This document shows, in pieces, positions 15,681 through 26,761 of a stretch of DNA of 64,000 nt. The notes beneath the pieces are model-generated. The model was not told where the DNA came from and made no database searches. It saw only the letters and a list, made by a program, of their open reading frames with translations. The stretch is from an uncultured Bacillales bacterium. Its GTDB lineage: Bacteria; Bacillota_I; Bacilli_A; RFN20; CAG-826. A program made the position numbers and the translations under genes. Within the stretch, counting starts at the first letter, position 1; each line of letters opens with the position of its first letter. The DNA lies in NCBI GenBank assembly GCA_902464635.1, contig CABQKC010000002.1, positions 22,491 to 86,490 on the forward strand, written 5' to 3'.

Positions 15681-16948
15681 TAGATAGAGCAGTTGTTGAA
15701 GTTAGATCAGGCAATGGAGGGAATGGTGCGATTTCATTCCTAAGAGAGAAAAACCTTCCAAAAGGCGGTCCTGATGGAGGGAATGGAGGGAATGGTGGAT
15801 CCATTTATTTCGTTGCCAAAAAGAATATCAATACCCTTTTAGCATATAGGCATGGCAAAGCCATTATTGCTAAAGATGGCGAAAAAGGGGATAAAAAGAA
15901 TAGATATGGCTTATCTATGCCTGATATTTATTGCGAAGTTCCTGTTGGCACTATCGTATATTTAGAAGATGGCATGGTTCCTCTAGCTGATTTAAGTCAT
16001 GATGGGGATAAGGTTTTAGCAGCCAAAGGAGGAAAAGGTGGCAGGGGGAATGCCTCTTTTAAAACTAGTAGGCTTAGAGTACCTAGGGTTGCCGAAAATG
16101 GCCATCCTGGCGAAACAAAACGCGTTGTCCTAGAATTAAAATTATTAGCAGATGCTGGCTTAATTGGGTTCCCTTCCGTAGGCAAATCCACTTTCTTAAA
16201 TGTCGTTAGCAAGGCTAATGTCCCTACAGCCGATTATCCTTTTACTACCTTAACCCCAAATCTAGGCGTAGTTACTCTTCCTGATAAAGAAAACCAATTT
16301 ATCTTAGCAGATATGCCTGGATTAATCGAAGGCGCTTCTAAAGGGAAAGGATTAGGTTTTTCTTTCCTTCGTCATATCGAAAGATGCAGAGTTTTAGTTC
16401 ATATGGTCTCCATGTCTGGGGAAAGAGATCCTTATGATGATTACTGCAAGATTAATGAAGAATTAAAAGATTATGGGGCTTCTTTAGAAAGCCGTCCCCA
16501 AATTGTAGTAGCCACCAAGATGGATATGGATGGGGCAAGTGAAAGAAAGGCTATATTCGACAAGAAACTAGGCTTTGCTTCTTATCCATTGTCTTCTTTG
16601 ACTCACGATGGGGTAAATCCATTAATTCAAAAGATATATGAAACTATCCAGAACACTCCTGAATTCCCATTATTTAAGAAAGAAGATAATCCTGAGTTTA
16701 AGCTATATGTTGCTAAAGAAAAGGAAGAACCATTTATCATCAAGCGCCCAAGTGCTCATCTATTTGTCATTGAAGGTGAGAAGGTACTTAGCCAATATAA
16801 TTTAATTAATCTTTCTACTGACCAAGGTGTTGCAAAACTCCTTTCCTATCTAACTAAAATAGGAATAGATGCCGCCTTAAAAGAAAAAGGTGCAGTCGAA
16901 GGCGATACAGTTAGAATCGGTGATTTTGAATTTGAGTATTCTGAATAA
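15674..16948 (+). CDS. obg: GTPase Obg/CgtA
   Basis: Gly-rich Obg fold GNGGNGAISF...GGPDGGNGGNGGSIYF. G domain GFPSVGKST and DMPGLIEGA. C-terminal OCT-like domain DTVRIGDFEFEY. Confidence 0.95.
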   Translation: MLIDRAVVEVRSGNGGNGAISFLREKNLPKGGPDGGNGGNGGSIYFVAKKNINTLLAYRHGKAIIAKDGEKGDKKNRYGLSMPDIYCEVPVGTIVYLEDGMVPLADLSHDGDKVLAAKGGKGGRGNASFKTSRLRVPRVAENGHPGETKRVVLELKLLADAGLIGFPSVGKSTFLNVVSKANVPTADYPFTTLTPNLGVVTLPDKENQFILADMPGLIEGASKGKGLGFSFLRHIERCRVLVHMVSMSGERDPYDDYCKINEELKDYGASLESRPQIVVATKMDMDGASERKAIFDKKLGFASYPLSSLTHDGVNPLIQKIYETIQNTPEFPLFKKEDNPEFKLYVAKEKEEPFIIKRPSAHLFVIEGEKVLSQYNLINLSTDQGVAKLLSYLTKIGIDAALKEKGAVEGDTVRIGDFEFEYSE

Positions 16949-17071
16949 CACTAGTTTGCTTTAATAATGTTATAATTGCCCTATGGGAAAATTTGACTTA
17001 GGCAAAACACTGATTCCACTTGTATCTACTTTAATTTGTTTTGCCATTGTCTTACTTTATTTATTGAATCT

Positions 17072-17626
17072 ATGATTTATTCATTATCAGGAAAAATAGC
17101 CGAAATTAAGGAAAAATTCGTCGTTATCGAAGTAAACGGAATCGGATATGAAGTATTCGTATCTAGGATTTCTGATTTTACTTTGGATAAAGAATGCAAG
17201 ATATATACCCACGAGGTATTGACTCAAGATGACCATTATCTAGTTGGTTTCCTTACCAAACTAGAAAAGGAAGCCTTCTCTTCTTTGATTGAAGTGAAAG
17301 GAATTGGCCCTAAAACGGCAATTTCAGCCTTATCTAAAACTAATCCAAATGATTTGTTTTTGGCTATTTCTAGCAATGATGTCGGCTATTTAAAGAAATT
17401 GCCTGGGATTGGTCCAAAAGCCGCGAGCCAGATTATCCTTGATTTGAAGGGGAAACTAATTGATAACGCGAAAGAAAAAGCACCTAATGCCTATGCTGAA
17501 GTTAGGGGTGCGCTTACTTCATTAGGATTCAAGAGCAAGGAAATAGATTCGATTATTGCTAAACTTCCAAAAGGGCTTAGTGATGAAGAAGCACTTCGCC
17601 AGGCATTAAAAGGATTACGTAAATGA
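17072..17626 (+). CDS. ruvA: Holliday junction DNA helicase RuvA
   Basis: MIYSLSGKI... start and HhH motifs VKGIGPKTA and LPGIGPKAA. The ORF-track start at 17036 is a non-ATG upstream extension. Confidence 0.9.
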   Translation: MIYSLSGKIAEIKEKFVVIEVNGIGYEVFVSRISDFTLDKECKIYTHEVLTQDDHYLVGFLTKLEKEAFSSLIEVKGIGPKTAISALSKTNPNDLFLAISSNDVGYLKKLPGIGPKAASQIILDLKGKLIDNAKEKAPNAYAEVRGALTSLGFKSKEIDSIIAKLPKGLSDEEALRQALKGLRK

Positions 17627-18636
17627 AAGATTCAAGTAGATTGCTAGATGCTAGAAAAGAAGAAGAAGACATCACTAGCGAGCTTTCCTTACGCCCAAAG
17701 ACCTTAAAAGAATATATAGGCCAAAGCGAGATGAAGGATAATCTAAAAGTCTTCATGGGCGCGGCTAAGAAAAGAAAAGAAAGCCTAGATCATGTTCTTC
17801 TTTATGGCCCTCCAGGACTAGGAAAAACTACGATGGCTTATGTCATTGCTAATGAAATGGGTGGCAATATTAAGCTAATCAATGGACCTAGCATTGAGCG
17901 TCCAGGAGATTTAGCTGCCATATTAAGTGAGATTGAGCCTGGTGATATCTTATTTATAGATGAAATACATAGATTATCTAGAGCAGTTGAGGAAGTTCTT
18001 TATGGTGCGATGGAAGATTTTAATCTTTCGATATTAGTTAACCAAAATGGATCTAGCCATGTATTAAATATGCCTCTTCCTCCATTTACCTTAGTAGGTG
18101 CGACCACTAGGGCTGGAGATTTATCTTCTCCATTAAGGGCGAGGTTTGGGATTTCCATGAAGATAGATTTCTATAATGAAGAAGAATTGGAGCAAATAAT
18201 AAAGAGAACATCGTTAGTATTAGCAACTCCAATCGATAATAAAGCCGCTAAATTAATAGCGACTAGAAGCAGGGGGACTCCTAGAATTGCCAATAGATTA
18301 TTCAAACGTGTTCGTGACTTTGCTAATTTCAAGGGATTAGATGAAATCGGCTTAGAATTAACTAACGAAGCCCTTGATGCCTTGAAAATAGATTCGCTTG
18401 GTCTAGATGAAGTTGATATCCGTTACCTAAATACGATTATCAAACGTTTCCATGGAGGACCTGTTGGATTAGAGGCAATAGCAACTTCAATTGGAGAGGA
18501 ACTAACCAATCTAGAAGATGTTTATGAGCCTTATTTGTTATTAAGTGGATTAATAAATAGGACTCCAAGAGGGCGTGTTGCCACCGAAAAAGCCTATGCC
18601 CACCTTAAATTAGCCCATCAGAATACTCTTTTTTAA
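17623..18636 (+). CDS. ruvB: Holliday junction DNA helicase RuvB
   Basis: [12 protein letters not shown], Walker [10 protein letters not shown], Walker [15 protein letters not shown] and [15 protein letters not shown] overlap with ruvA. Confidence 0.95.
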   Translation: MKDSSRLLDARKEEEDITSELSLRPKTLKEYIGQSEMKDNLKVFMGAAKKRKESLDHVLLYGPPGLGKTTMAYVIANEMGGNIKLINGPSIERPGDLAAILSEIEPGDILFIDEIHRLSRAVEEVLYGAMEDFNLSILVNQNGSSHVLNMPLPPFTLVGATTRAGDLSSPLRARFGISMKIDFYNEEELEQIIKRTSLVLATPIDNKAAKLIATRSRGTPRIANRLFKRVRDFANFKGLDEIGLELTNEALDALKIDSLGLDEVDIRYLNTIIKRFHGGPVGLEAIATSIGEELTNLEDVYEPYLLLSGLINRTPRGRVATEKAYAHLKLAHQNTLF

Positions 18637-18759
18637 GGTTTTGGAATATATTTTATTGCTTGAAATTCCACTAAAGAGTATTCTTTAATACGGCACAGTG
18701 AATTATTGATGAATTATTTATAATTCAGTGAAGACTAGAGTAAAACAAGAGGAGAAAAT

Positions 18760-21579
18760 ATGCGTAGATATATATCTTACATTGCCATGTGTGCGACTCT
18801 ATTAATCGGAATCGGAGCTTCCGTTTCCCCATTAATGAAAACGATGAATAGCGATTTAGCATACGCAGATGGCAAAACGCTTTATTTCAAGGCTAGCCAT
18901 TATGAAGAAAATAGCGTTAATGGCAATTACCAAGATTTCTTGGCTGCCGAAGATATCAATGCTTCTGGACAACCAGTAATCAATGATTTGGCAAATACAG
19001 TCAAGGCTAGGCTTGATAATTGGGGAATGAGCGAATATGAAGTCAAGGTACAAGGTTACGACACGATTGCCGTTTCGCTTCGTACAACTTCAAATTCCGA
19101 AACCCAATATACTTATCTAGAACAATATCTTTCTTTCTCTGGTGGAGATTATGAATTAGATGCTTCCGATACAACTCATGATGGATATACCGACTCTGAC
19201 TTATTAAAGACCATCATTGATGATCAAACCGCGACTATCGAAAATATCGACATGGGATCTTATAAAGTCCCAGTAGTAGTTGTCCCGTTAAAAACTGGCG
19301 ATGATTATAAAGAAGCCTTCACCAACTTACTAAAATATTGTAACGACAATACAAAAGCTGCCGAAACCGATTCTAGTGGAAACGAGACTAGTGCAGCCCA
19401 AAATACCTTATTAGTTGTCTGGGCCAATAGAAAAGAAGACGATACCTATGACAAAGCCGATAAGGATGTTAATGTCAAAAATAGAATCCTAACAGTTGAA
19501 GCCACGACTAATGATAATGCCGTCTGGTATCAATCTAGCGATACCGATAAGGAAACCCCATATCTACAATTGATTCCTACTAGCGAAGCCATTTCTAGCG
19601 ATGGAAATTATAATCCAAGCAAGACTAAAGAAGCCTATGAAGCTGCTGTCTTCCTCCGCAATATGTTCAATGCCTCTAATTTAGGCGATTATAGGCTTAC
19701 ATTCACCTATTCTGAAAAGGCCAATGCGACTGTAGAAAACTTAATTAGCGTTGGTGATTATGCTATCTCTCCAGCCTTAAGCAAGACTCTTATTTCTACT
19801 ATAATTGTCTTCGTCTTCCTTTGCATTTTATTAGTGTTATTCGATAGAATCTTCGCTTTGGCCGAGATTACTTCCATTGCTTTATCTAGCTTTGGGGCAT
19901 TTGGATTATTCGTTGCCTTTGGTAGCCAATTCAATATTGCCGCCTTATTAGGAATTATGGCTACTGGTTTAGTTGCCTTATTTGGTGCCCTTATATACTC
20001 TTCTAGATTAAAAGATGAAATATATAAAGGAAGAACATTAAAGAAAGCGAGCCAAGAAGCTGCTAAAAAATCAGTGCTTCCTGTCATTGATGCCGGTGTT
20101 GTCTCTATTATATTAGGTACATTTGTATATCTATTTGCCGGTGATTTGGCTTCCAAGTTTGGCGTTATGCTAGTTGGTGGTGGATTAATCGCTACCTTAG
20201 TTAACCTAGTCTTCTTAAGATTAGCAGGCTGGCTATTATGCACTGATAATTCAATGCAATCTAGCTTTGTAAAACAACTTAATATCAATGGCGAGAAGAT
20301 CCCTGATTTAGTAAAAGAAGAAAAACAAACCTATTTCGGTCCATATCAAGATAAGGATTTCTCCAAAGGAAAGATTTGGGTAGGAATCGTTACTAGCTTA
20401 TTTGTCTTAGCTGGCATTGGAACTATGATAGGATTTGGCATTAAAAATGGCGATGTCTATAATGATAGCGCCTATAAGCAAAGCCAAACCGTCCTTAGAA
20501 TTGATGTAAGAAGTGAAAAGAGTGAATATATCACTGTTTCTAGTCTATCTGACGTAGCCCACTTATTCGGAAAAGACGCTACCGGAGATTCATATTTACT
20601 TGATTCCATCAAGATTGATGACAAGGCCTTGATTGAATATGTTTCCAATCCAAATGAAGATATCAAATTATCTGAAACCCCAAAAGCAATTTATGAAACT
20701 GCCGATGCTGGTACTGGTAAGACTTACTATTGGTTCTATTATGAAATCAAGCTCAATGCCTATCTCCCATTAACTGAAGAAAATGGTGGAGACAAGATGT
20801 ATAGCATCTCTACTCTAGATGCCTCAAATACCTGGTCAGCCCCAACTAGTTTAGGGTTAAACGATGCAATCACTAATTTCATCGAAAATAGATATGTTAG
20901 GGAAACTGCCGATTATATCTCTTATTTTGCAACTGTTACCCCTGAAATTGGCCAACCATATTTAGGAAGCGTTGCTCTTGGAGTTGGAATCGGAATATTG
21001 ATTAGTGTTGTCTATTTAGTTCTTAGATATGGCATTTCTAGAGCCTTATCAATGGGAATAGTAGTAACTGCTTCAAGCTATATTGCTGTTGCCTTCTTCG
21101 TAATTGCTAGAATTTCTACTTCCCCAGTAGTTGCCCTTGGTTCAGTTGGAGTTGCTCTAGTCGGCTTCTTACTTGCCTTATTCATTGCAACTTACGAAAA
21201 GGAATTAGTTGCCTCTACACATGCTAAAGAAAGAGGAACTGTTGAATTTAAGCTTGATGTTGTCAAGAAATCTACATCTAGACAAGCTGGTATCCTTATT
21301 ATCTTTGCTTTACTAGCTGCTTATGTTGGCATTGTCTATTTTGCCTTTGGACCAATTTACTTCATGTCACCATATCTAAGCTTCATATTAGGATTAGCAT
21401 TTGCTTTAGCTACTACCTTGACTTTATATCCATTCTTATATTCTTGCTTCGTCAAGATGTTCTCTCACATCAAGATCAAGCCACTTAAGAAGAAAAAGAA
21501 GAATGTCGGCGGTCAATTAATGAAAAAGAAGAAATCTGCCGAGCCTGAAGAAGCTATCTTTATCGGTATCAATGACTAA
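18760..21579 (+). CDS. secDF: fused protein-export membrane protein SecDF
   Basis: 939 aa with an N-terminal TM, a large extracytoplasmic domain, a 6-TM block, a second loop and a second 6-TM block. Sits between ruvB and recJ as secDF does in Bacillus. Strong SD GAGGAG. Confidence 0.7.
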   Translation: MRRYISYIAMCATLLIGIGASVSPLMKTMNSDLAYADGKTLYFKASHYEENSVNGNYQDFLAAEDINASGQPVINDLANTVKARLDNWGMSEYEVKVQGYDTIAVSLRTTSNSETQYTYLEQYLSFSGGDYELDASDTTHDGYTDSDLLKTIIDDQTATIENIDMGSYKVPVVVVPLKTGDDYKEAFTNLLKYCNDNTKAAETDSSGNETSAAQNTLLVVWANRKEDDTYDKADKDVNVKNRILTVEATTNDNAVWYQSSDTDKETPYLQLIPTSEAISSDGNYNPSKTKEAYEAAVFLRNMFNASNLGDYRLTFTYSEKANATVENLISVGDYAISPALSKTLISTIIVFVFLCILLVLFDRIFALAEITSIALSSFGAFGLFVAFGSQFNIAALLGIMATGLVALFGALIYSSRLKDEIYKGRTLKKASQEAAKKSVLPVIDAGVVSIILGTFVYLFAGDLASKFGVMLVGGGLIATLVNLVFLRLAGWLLCTDNSMQSSFVKQLNINGEKIPDLVKEEKQTYFGPYQDKDFSKGKIWVGIVTSLFVLAGIGTMIGFGIKNGDVYNDSAYKQSQTVLRIDVRSEKSEYITVSSLSDVAHLFGKDATGDSYLLDSIKIDDKALIEYVSNPNEDIKLSETPKAIYETADAGTGKTYYWFYYEIKLNAYLPLTEENGGDKMYSISTLDASNTWSAPTSLGLNDAITNFIENRYVRETADYISYFATVTPEIGQPYLGSVALGVGIGILISVVYLVLRYGISRALSMGIVVTASSYIAVAFFVIARISTSPVVALGSVGVALVGFLLALFIATYEKELVASTHAKERGTVEFKLDVVKKSTSRQAGILIIFALLAAYVGIVYFAFGPIYFMSPYLSFILGLAFALATTLTLYPFLYSCFVKMFSHIKIKPLKKKKKNVGGQLMKKKKSAEPEEAIFIGIND

Positions 21580-23120
21580 TGGATACTTTTCTAGAGAAAA
21601 TAAAAAAATATTATAATCTTGATGAAGAAGGCTTTAGCAAACTGATTGCTAAGCCTTCTTTTGCTAATATTCCTCTAATTAATGACCATCCTAGCGTGAT
21701 TAAGGCCAAAGAAAGGATAGAAAAAGCCATCAAAGATAATGAGAAGATAATCATCTATGGCGATTACGATTGCGACGGCATCATGTCGACCTCGATTATC
21801 TATTATTCCTTGCTTAAATTAAATAAGCATGTATCTTTCTTTATCCCTTCTAGATTCAAGGATGGATATGGCCTAAATCTAGGCAATGCCAAAAAGATAG
21901 CTAAAGCAGGTTATTCTTTATTAATATGCGTCGATAACGGAGTCAATTGTTTCGAAGCCATTTCCTATTTAAAGGAAAACGGTATCGATACATTAATAAT
22001 CGACCATCATGAAATAGGAGAATCCTTGCCTGAAGCCATATCTATTATCCATGACGATTTATTGGATTATGGGGAATATAATGTCTCGGCTGGTTATCTT
22101 TCTTTCTTGTTTTCGATTTGTTTACTAGGAAAAGTCGATCCATATCTATTAGTTTTAGGTGCTATATCGATAATTTCTGATACGATGCCAATGAAATCCT
22201 ATAATAGGGAAATAGTAGCCTTGGCTTTATCTTTGATTAACAAGAATAAATATCCAACTATATTCAATTTGACTAATGCAACCTATATCGATGAGAAGGT
22301 TTTGGGAATGGAAATAGTCCCATCTATTAATGCAGTAGGTAGGATTGATACTGAATATGACGCGAATAAATTAGTTCATTATTTTGCGACTGATTGCAAA
22401 GACTTGAAGCAATCTTCCTTATTGGCCCTTGAATATAATAAGAATAGGAAAGAGATGACAAAGGCAGCTTTAACTGAAATCGATATCGATAAAAATAAAT
22501 CTAGCGTCTGCATCTCTACTAGCCTTGGGGAAGGTTTAAATGGCTTATTGGCATCTAGAATTGTCGTAGAAGAAAATAAGCCAGTTGCCATCTTTTCTTC
22601 TTCCTATAAAGATAAAGATATTTTAGCAGGATCGCTTAGAAGCAAGCCTGGGCTAAATCTAATTGATTTCTTCTCTAGTTTAGGTGAACTTCCTATTAGA
22701 AAAGGTGGACATTCTTTTGCAGCAGGGGTAGCCATTAAAAAAGAAGATTATGAAATCTTTAAGGAAAAACTAGAAGAATACGCCTCTAGCCATCCTTTTA
22801 CAGAGCCAAAAAAAGAAGAAATCAGCATCTCTTTAAGCGATATATCCATGGAAAATTATAAAATACTTAGGAAATTTGCTCCTTTTGGACACGATTACGA
22901 AGAGCCTACTTTTGTTATTGAAAATGTCCCAACCTCGGCTTTGAAATTCAATAGATTAGGTTATCTAACCTTTAAAATAAGTCCGAATTCTGAAGTTTTC
23001 TCCTTTTCTATAAAAGATGATATCTTGAATAAACCTAGTTTAGATATGGAAGGGAAATTCCGTTTAAATGAATTTAGAGGCTCTTTCAAAATACAATTTG
23101 CCTGTAATGAAAAGAAATAA
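21579..23120 (+). CDS. recJ: single-stranded-DNA-specific exonuclease RecJ (DHH family)
   Basis: DHH motifs IIIYGDYDCDG, VDNG and IIDHH, plus a DHHA1-like GGHSFAAG. Confidence 0.85.
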   Translation: MDTFLEKIKKYYNLDEEGFSKLIAKPSFANIPLINDHPSVIKAKERIEKAIKDNEKIIIYGDYDCDGIMSTSIIYYSLLKLNKHVSFFIPSRFKDGYGLNLGNAKKIAKAGYSLLICVDNGVNCFEAISYLKENGIDTLIIDHHEIGESLPEAISIIHDDLLDYGEYNVSAGYLSFLFSICLLGKVDPYLLVLGAISIISDTMPMKSYNREIVALALSLINKNKYPTIFNLTNATYIDEKVLGMEIVPSINAVGRIDTEYDANKLVHYFATDCKDLKQSSLLALEYNKNRKEMTKAALTEIDIDKNKSSVCISTSLGEGLNGLLASRIVVEENKPVAIFSSSYKDKDILAGSLRSKPGLNLIDFFSSLGELPIRKGGHSFAAGVAIKKEDYEIFKEKLEEYASSHPFTEPKKEEISISLSDISMENYKILRKFAPFGHDYEEPTFVIENVPTSALKFNRLGYLTFKISPNSEVFSFSIKDDILNKPSLDMEGKFRLNEFRGSFKIQFACNEKK

Positions 23121-23212
23121 TATATATTATTTTTAGTTTTAGCCTATACTAGAAGGGTATGGAAAATCTAGTAGATCAAAAAACAACATTACCTCCAAAT
23201 GGAGGATACCCA

Positions 23213-25387
23213 ATGCATACCTTCGAGGACCTTAAGGCCTTGTATTATGTCTATATCAGCAATCCTAACGACAGGAAGATGATAGAAGACGCCTATTTAT
23301 TTGCCAAAGCTAAACATGAAGGGCAATTTAGGAAATCAGGCGAACCTTATATCCATCATCCAATCGAAGTTGCCTATATTTTAGCATCCCTCCAGTCCGG
23401 ACCTGCCACAATTGCATCTGGACTTCTCCATGATGTAGTGGAAGATACAGATGCGACAATCGAAGACATCGAGAAGATGTTTGGAGAAGATGTTGCCAAG
23501 ATTGTAGATTCCCTTACTAAGATCCAAAGGATGAAATTATCCAAGATGACGGCTGAAGATTTCGAAGCCGAAGACCACCGAAAGATATTTTTAGGCATGG
23601 CAAGAGATGTCAGGGTCATCATTGTCAAGCTTGCCGATAGACTTCATAACCTTAGGACCTTGGATTCTCTTTCTCCTGAAAGACAAAAAGCCCTTGCTAA
23701 GGAAACAATCGAAGTATTTACCCCAATTGCCCATAGGCTAGGTATCTATTCCGTTCAAAGCGAGATGGAAGATTTGTCCTTAAAATATCTAGAAAGGGAT
23801 AAATATAATTCCATTTTAAAGTTAGTTAACGAGAAATACGAAAATAGAAAGCACTCCCTTGAATTATTGAAGAAAAGGATTGCCGATATTTTGCTTGAAC
23901 ACAATCTTCCTTGCAAAATGGAATCTAGGGTCAAATCCATCTATTCCATCTACCGTAAGATGTATCAAAAAGGCCATAGCTTCGATGAAATTTATGATGT
24001 CTTGGCTATTAGAGTTATTACTAAGACTGTAATAAATTGTTATGAAATATTAGGTATTATCCATTCTACATATAAGCCAATTCCTGGTAGGTTTAAGGAT
24101 TATATTGCCATGCCGAAGCCGAATATGTATCAATCGTTACATACTTCGATTGTTTCTGGTGATGGTCAGATATATGAAATCCAAATAAGAACCGAAGAGA
24201 TGGATCAAGTTGCCGAAAGTGGTGTTGCGGCCCACTGGAAATATAAAGAAGGTGGCCATTATAATGCGAAGGATGAACAAAAAGAAATTGAGGAGCAACT
24301 TCATTGGTTTAGGGATTTTGTCTCTCTTTCTGGGGAACAAGATGGCACTGCTAGCGAATATATGGCTTCTCTTTCAAATGATATATTTGGGGCGAATGTC
24401 TATGTATTTACTCCTTTAGGTAAAGTTATTGATTTACCTGCTGGGGCAACTACTTTGGATTTTGCCTATAAAATCCATACAAAAGTAGGCGATAGTGCGA
24501 TTGGGGCGGTAGTTAATGGGGTCCTTGTTCCTTTAAATACTGTCTTGAAAACTGGCGATGTCTGCGAGATTAGGACATCAAAGACTTCTTCTGGTCCGAA
24601 TAATTCCTGGCTAGAAATTGCTAAGACATCTTCCGCTAAATCCCATATCAAAAAGGCGCTTCAGAAAAAAGATGCCGCCATCATGAAAGAAGAGAAAGTC
24701 AGGATTGGTAGGATTTCCTTACTCGATTCTTTTAAGTCGCAAGGATTTAATGAAGAAGAGACACTAAAATTAATAGATAATGATAAGCTCCGTAACGAAT
24801 ACCATTTCGATAATCTAGATGATTTGTTTGTCATGGTCTCGCAAAAAAATCCAGCCCCTGGGACAATTCTTTCCTTCCTCCATATAAGAAAGAAACCTGG
24901 ATTTGAATTCAAGAAGAAAAAAGACAATGTCAATGATAATTCTTCTCCAGTCAATGTACCTGGTGGAAGTAGCGGGCTAGCTATATCTTTAGGCAAATGC
25001 TGCACCCCAATTCCAGGAGATGATATTGTTGGCTATATCACTAAAGGAAAAGGAATTACTATCCACCGTAAGTCTTGCCCAAATATTGCAAACGAGCAAA
25101 AACGACTAATAGATGTATATTGGAAAGAAGACTTAGGAATATCTAGATATCCCGTAGATATCGAGGTTTATTCTAATGATAGGCCTGGATTATTAAATGA
25201 TATATTGCAGGTAATGGCCTCTAAAGGCGTTGGCGTTACCGATTTAAAGGCCCACTTGATACAAGAAACACTAAATGACGTCGTTTCAATGACTATTACT
25301 GTTAGTGATGCGAAGGTGTTGAGCGATTGCTTTGCCTTGCTTCTAGGCATCAATGGTGTCTACTCTGTAGAAAGAGTGATTCATTGA
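23213..25387 (+). CDS. relA: bifunctional (p)ppGpp synthetase/hydrolase RelA/SpoT (Rel)
   Basis: HD domain HHPIEVA...LLHDVVEDT, synthetase RVKSIYSIYRKM, TGS and ACT domains. Start chosen at the ATG preceded by GGAGGA. An upstream in-frame ATG at 23159 is also possible. Confidence 0.9.
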   Translation: MHTFEDLKALYYVYISNPNDRKMIEDAYLFAKAKHEGQFRKSGEPYIHHPIEVAYILASLQSGPATIASGLLHDVVEDTDATIEDIEKMFGEDVAKIVDSLTKIQRMKLSKMTAEDFEAEDHRKIFLGMARDVRVIIVKLADRLHNLRTLDSLSPERQKALAKETIEVFTPIAHRLGIYSVQSEMEDLSLKYLERDKYNSILKLVNEKYENRKHSLELLKKRIADILLEHNLPCKMESRVKSIYSIYRKMYQKGHSFDEIYDVLAIRVITKTVINCYEILGIIHSTYKPIPGRFKDYIAMPKPNMYQSLHTSIVSGDGQIYEIQIRTEEMDQVAESGVAAHWKYKEGGHYNAKDEQKEIEEQLHWFRDFVSLSGEQDGTASEYMASLSNDIFGANVYVFTPLGKVIDLPAGATTLDFAYKIHTKVGDSAIGAVVNGVLVPLNTVLKTGDVCEIRTSKTSSGPNNSWLEIAKTSSAKSHIKKALQKKDAAIMKEEKVRIGRISLLDSFKSQGFNEEETLKLIDNDKLRNEYHFDNLDDLFVMVSQKNPAPGTILSFLHIRKKPGFEFKKKKDNVNDNSSPVNVPGGSSGLAISLGKCCTPIPGDDIVGYITKGKGITIHRKSCPNIANEQKRLIDVYWKEDLGISRYPVDIEVYSNDRPGLLNDILQVMASKGVGVTDLKAHLIQETLNDVVSMTITVSDAKVLSDCFALLLGINGVYSVERVIH

Positions 25388-25454
25388 TTAGTTGTAATTG
25401 TTAACTAGCCTCAGGAAGTCTATAATTATTAACGACTAGAAAGGACTTTTTAGT

Positions 25455-26753
25455 ATGCAAATCAAAGGTGTTAAAGGTACTCATGATTTATATGGGGACG
25501 AAAGCTATTGCTATGACTACATAGAAAATATCTTCTCCATTGTTGCCGAACTTTATAATTACAAGAAAATCGAGACTCCATGTCTAGAATATACGGAAGT
25601 TTTCTCTAGGGGTACTGGTACTTCTAGCGATGTTGTCCGTAAGGAAATGTATACTTTCCTCGATAAGGGGGATAGAAGCGTGACACTTCGTCCTGAAGGG
25701 ACAGCAGGTGTAATGAGGTCAATTGTCGAGAATAAGCTATATGCGACAAATGACTTGCCACTTAAAACATATTATGTCGGGCCTGTTTTTAGATATGAAA
25801 GGCCTCAACTTGGTAGATATAGGCAATTTTACCAGGCCGGGATTGAAGCAGTTGGGATCGATTCAAGCGAATTAGATGCCGAAGTCGTAGTATTTGCGAT
25901 GAGAGTACTCGGCATGCTTGGATTTAATGGACTTAAGGTAAAAGTAAATACTTTGGGTGACAAAGAATCTAGATTAGCATACAAAGAAGCCCTGAAAGCC
26001 TATTTTGCCCCTAGAATCGAGTCTATGTGCGATGACTGCAAGGAAAGACTTAAATTAAATCCACTTAGAATTCTTGACTGCAAGGTTGCTTCTGACCAAG
26101 AAATTGCTAAAGGCGCCCCAAAGATGAGGGATTATTTATCCAAATCCAGCGAAGAAAGATTCTATCATACATTATCGATATTAAATGAAGTTGGAATCGA
26201 ATATGAAATCGATGATTCTCTTGTCAGGGGACTAGATTATTATGGAGAAATAGTATTCGAAGTACATATGCTTTCTCCTACAGGAAAAGATTATGGGGCC
26301 TTGCTAGGTGGAGGACATTATGATGGACTCTTGTCTAGCTTTGATGGACCTAGCGATATCGATCACGGGGTTGGGTTTGCCCTTGGAATGGAAAGAATCT
26401 ATTCTTTAATGAAGGAATTTGATTTATTAAAGGATATCAAGCAAGAACTAGATATCTATTTAATGCCACTAGGAGAGAAGGCAATGGAATATTCTTTCTC
26501 CTTAGCAGAACAACTTAGATCACTTGGATATTCTATTGATAGGCCATATAAAATGGCTAAATTAGGATCTTATTTCAAAAAAGCCGAGAGATCTAGAGCA
26601 AAACTGGCCTTGATATTTGGAGATGAGGAACTAGAAAAAGGCATAATCCAAATAAAAGATTTAGACAAGAAGGAACAAAAAGAAGTTTCCTTGGATAATC
26701 TAGATAAGGAACTAGACGAATTATTTAACGAAGAAGATCATCATCACGAATAA
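25455..26753 (+). CDS. hisS: histidine--tRNA ligase
   Basis: Class II motifs LRPEGTAGVMR, YYVGPVFRYERPQLGRYRQFYQ and GGGHYDGL. Confidence 0.95.
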   Translation: MQIKGVKGTHDLYGDESYCYDYIENIFSIVAELYNYKKIETPCLEYTEVFSRGTGTSSDVVRKEMYTFLDKGDRSVTLRPEGTAGVMRSIVENKLYATNDLPLKTYYVGPVFRYERPQLGRYRQFYQAGIEAVGIDSSELDAEVVVFAMRVLGMLGFNGLKVKVNTLGDKESRLAYKEALKAYFAPRIESMCDDCKERLKLNPLRILDCKVASDQEIAKGAPKMRDYLSKSSEERFYHTLSILNEVGIEYEIDDSLVRGLDYYGEIVFEVHMLSPTGKDYGALLGGGHYDGLLSSFDGPSDIDHGVGFALGMERIYSLMKEFDLLKDIKQELDIYLMPLGEKAMEYSFSLAEQLRSLGYSIDRPYKMAKLGSYFKKAERSRAKLALIFGDEELEKGIIQIKDLDKKEQKEVSLDNLDKELDELFNEEDHHHE

Positions 26754-26761
26754 GGATATTT

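Noticed and set aside
17036-17071. N-terminal extension of RuvA (MFCHCLTLFIES...) given in the ORF track. Similar non-ATG extensions occur for tkt (28548), xseA (31839), xerD (36372), ispG (50665), ispH (53910), the DEAD-box helicase (53986) and the MBL hydrolase (50428).
   Set aside because: The extensions precede the point where family alignments normally begin and often overlap the upstream gene or its stop. Better-placed ATG codons, several with GGAGG-type SD sequences, are available.
19758-20288. 176-aa - strand ORF inside secDF. Similar long antisense ORFs occur at 24661-25005, 26725-27087, 30584-30928, 60812-61153 and elsewhere.
   Set aside because: Each lies entirely within a well-supported conserved gene on the other strand. 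They have low-complexity or odd composition, no RBS and no recognisable motifs. They are typical shadow ORFs.
25388-25454. Possible T-box leader upstream of hisS-aspS, as in many Firmicutes.
   Set aside because: The intergenic region is only 67 nt, far too short for a T-box. No T-box sequence motif or terminator/antiterminator pair is visible.
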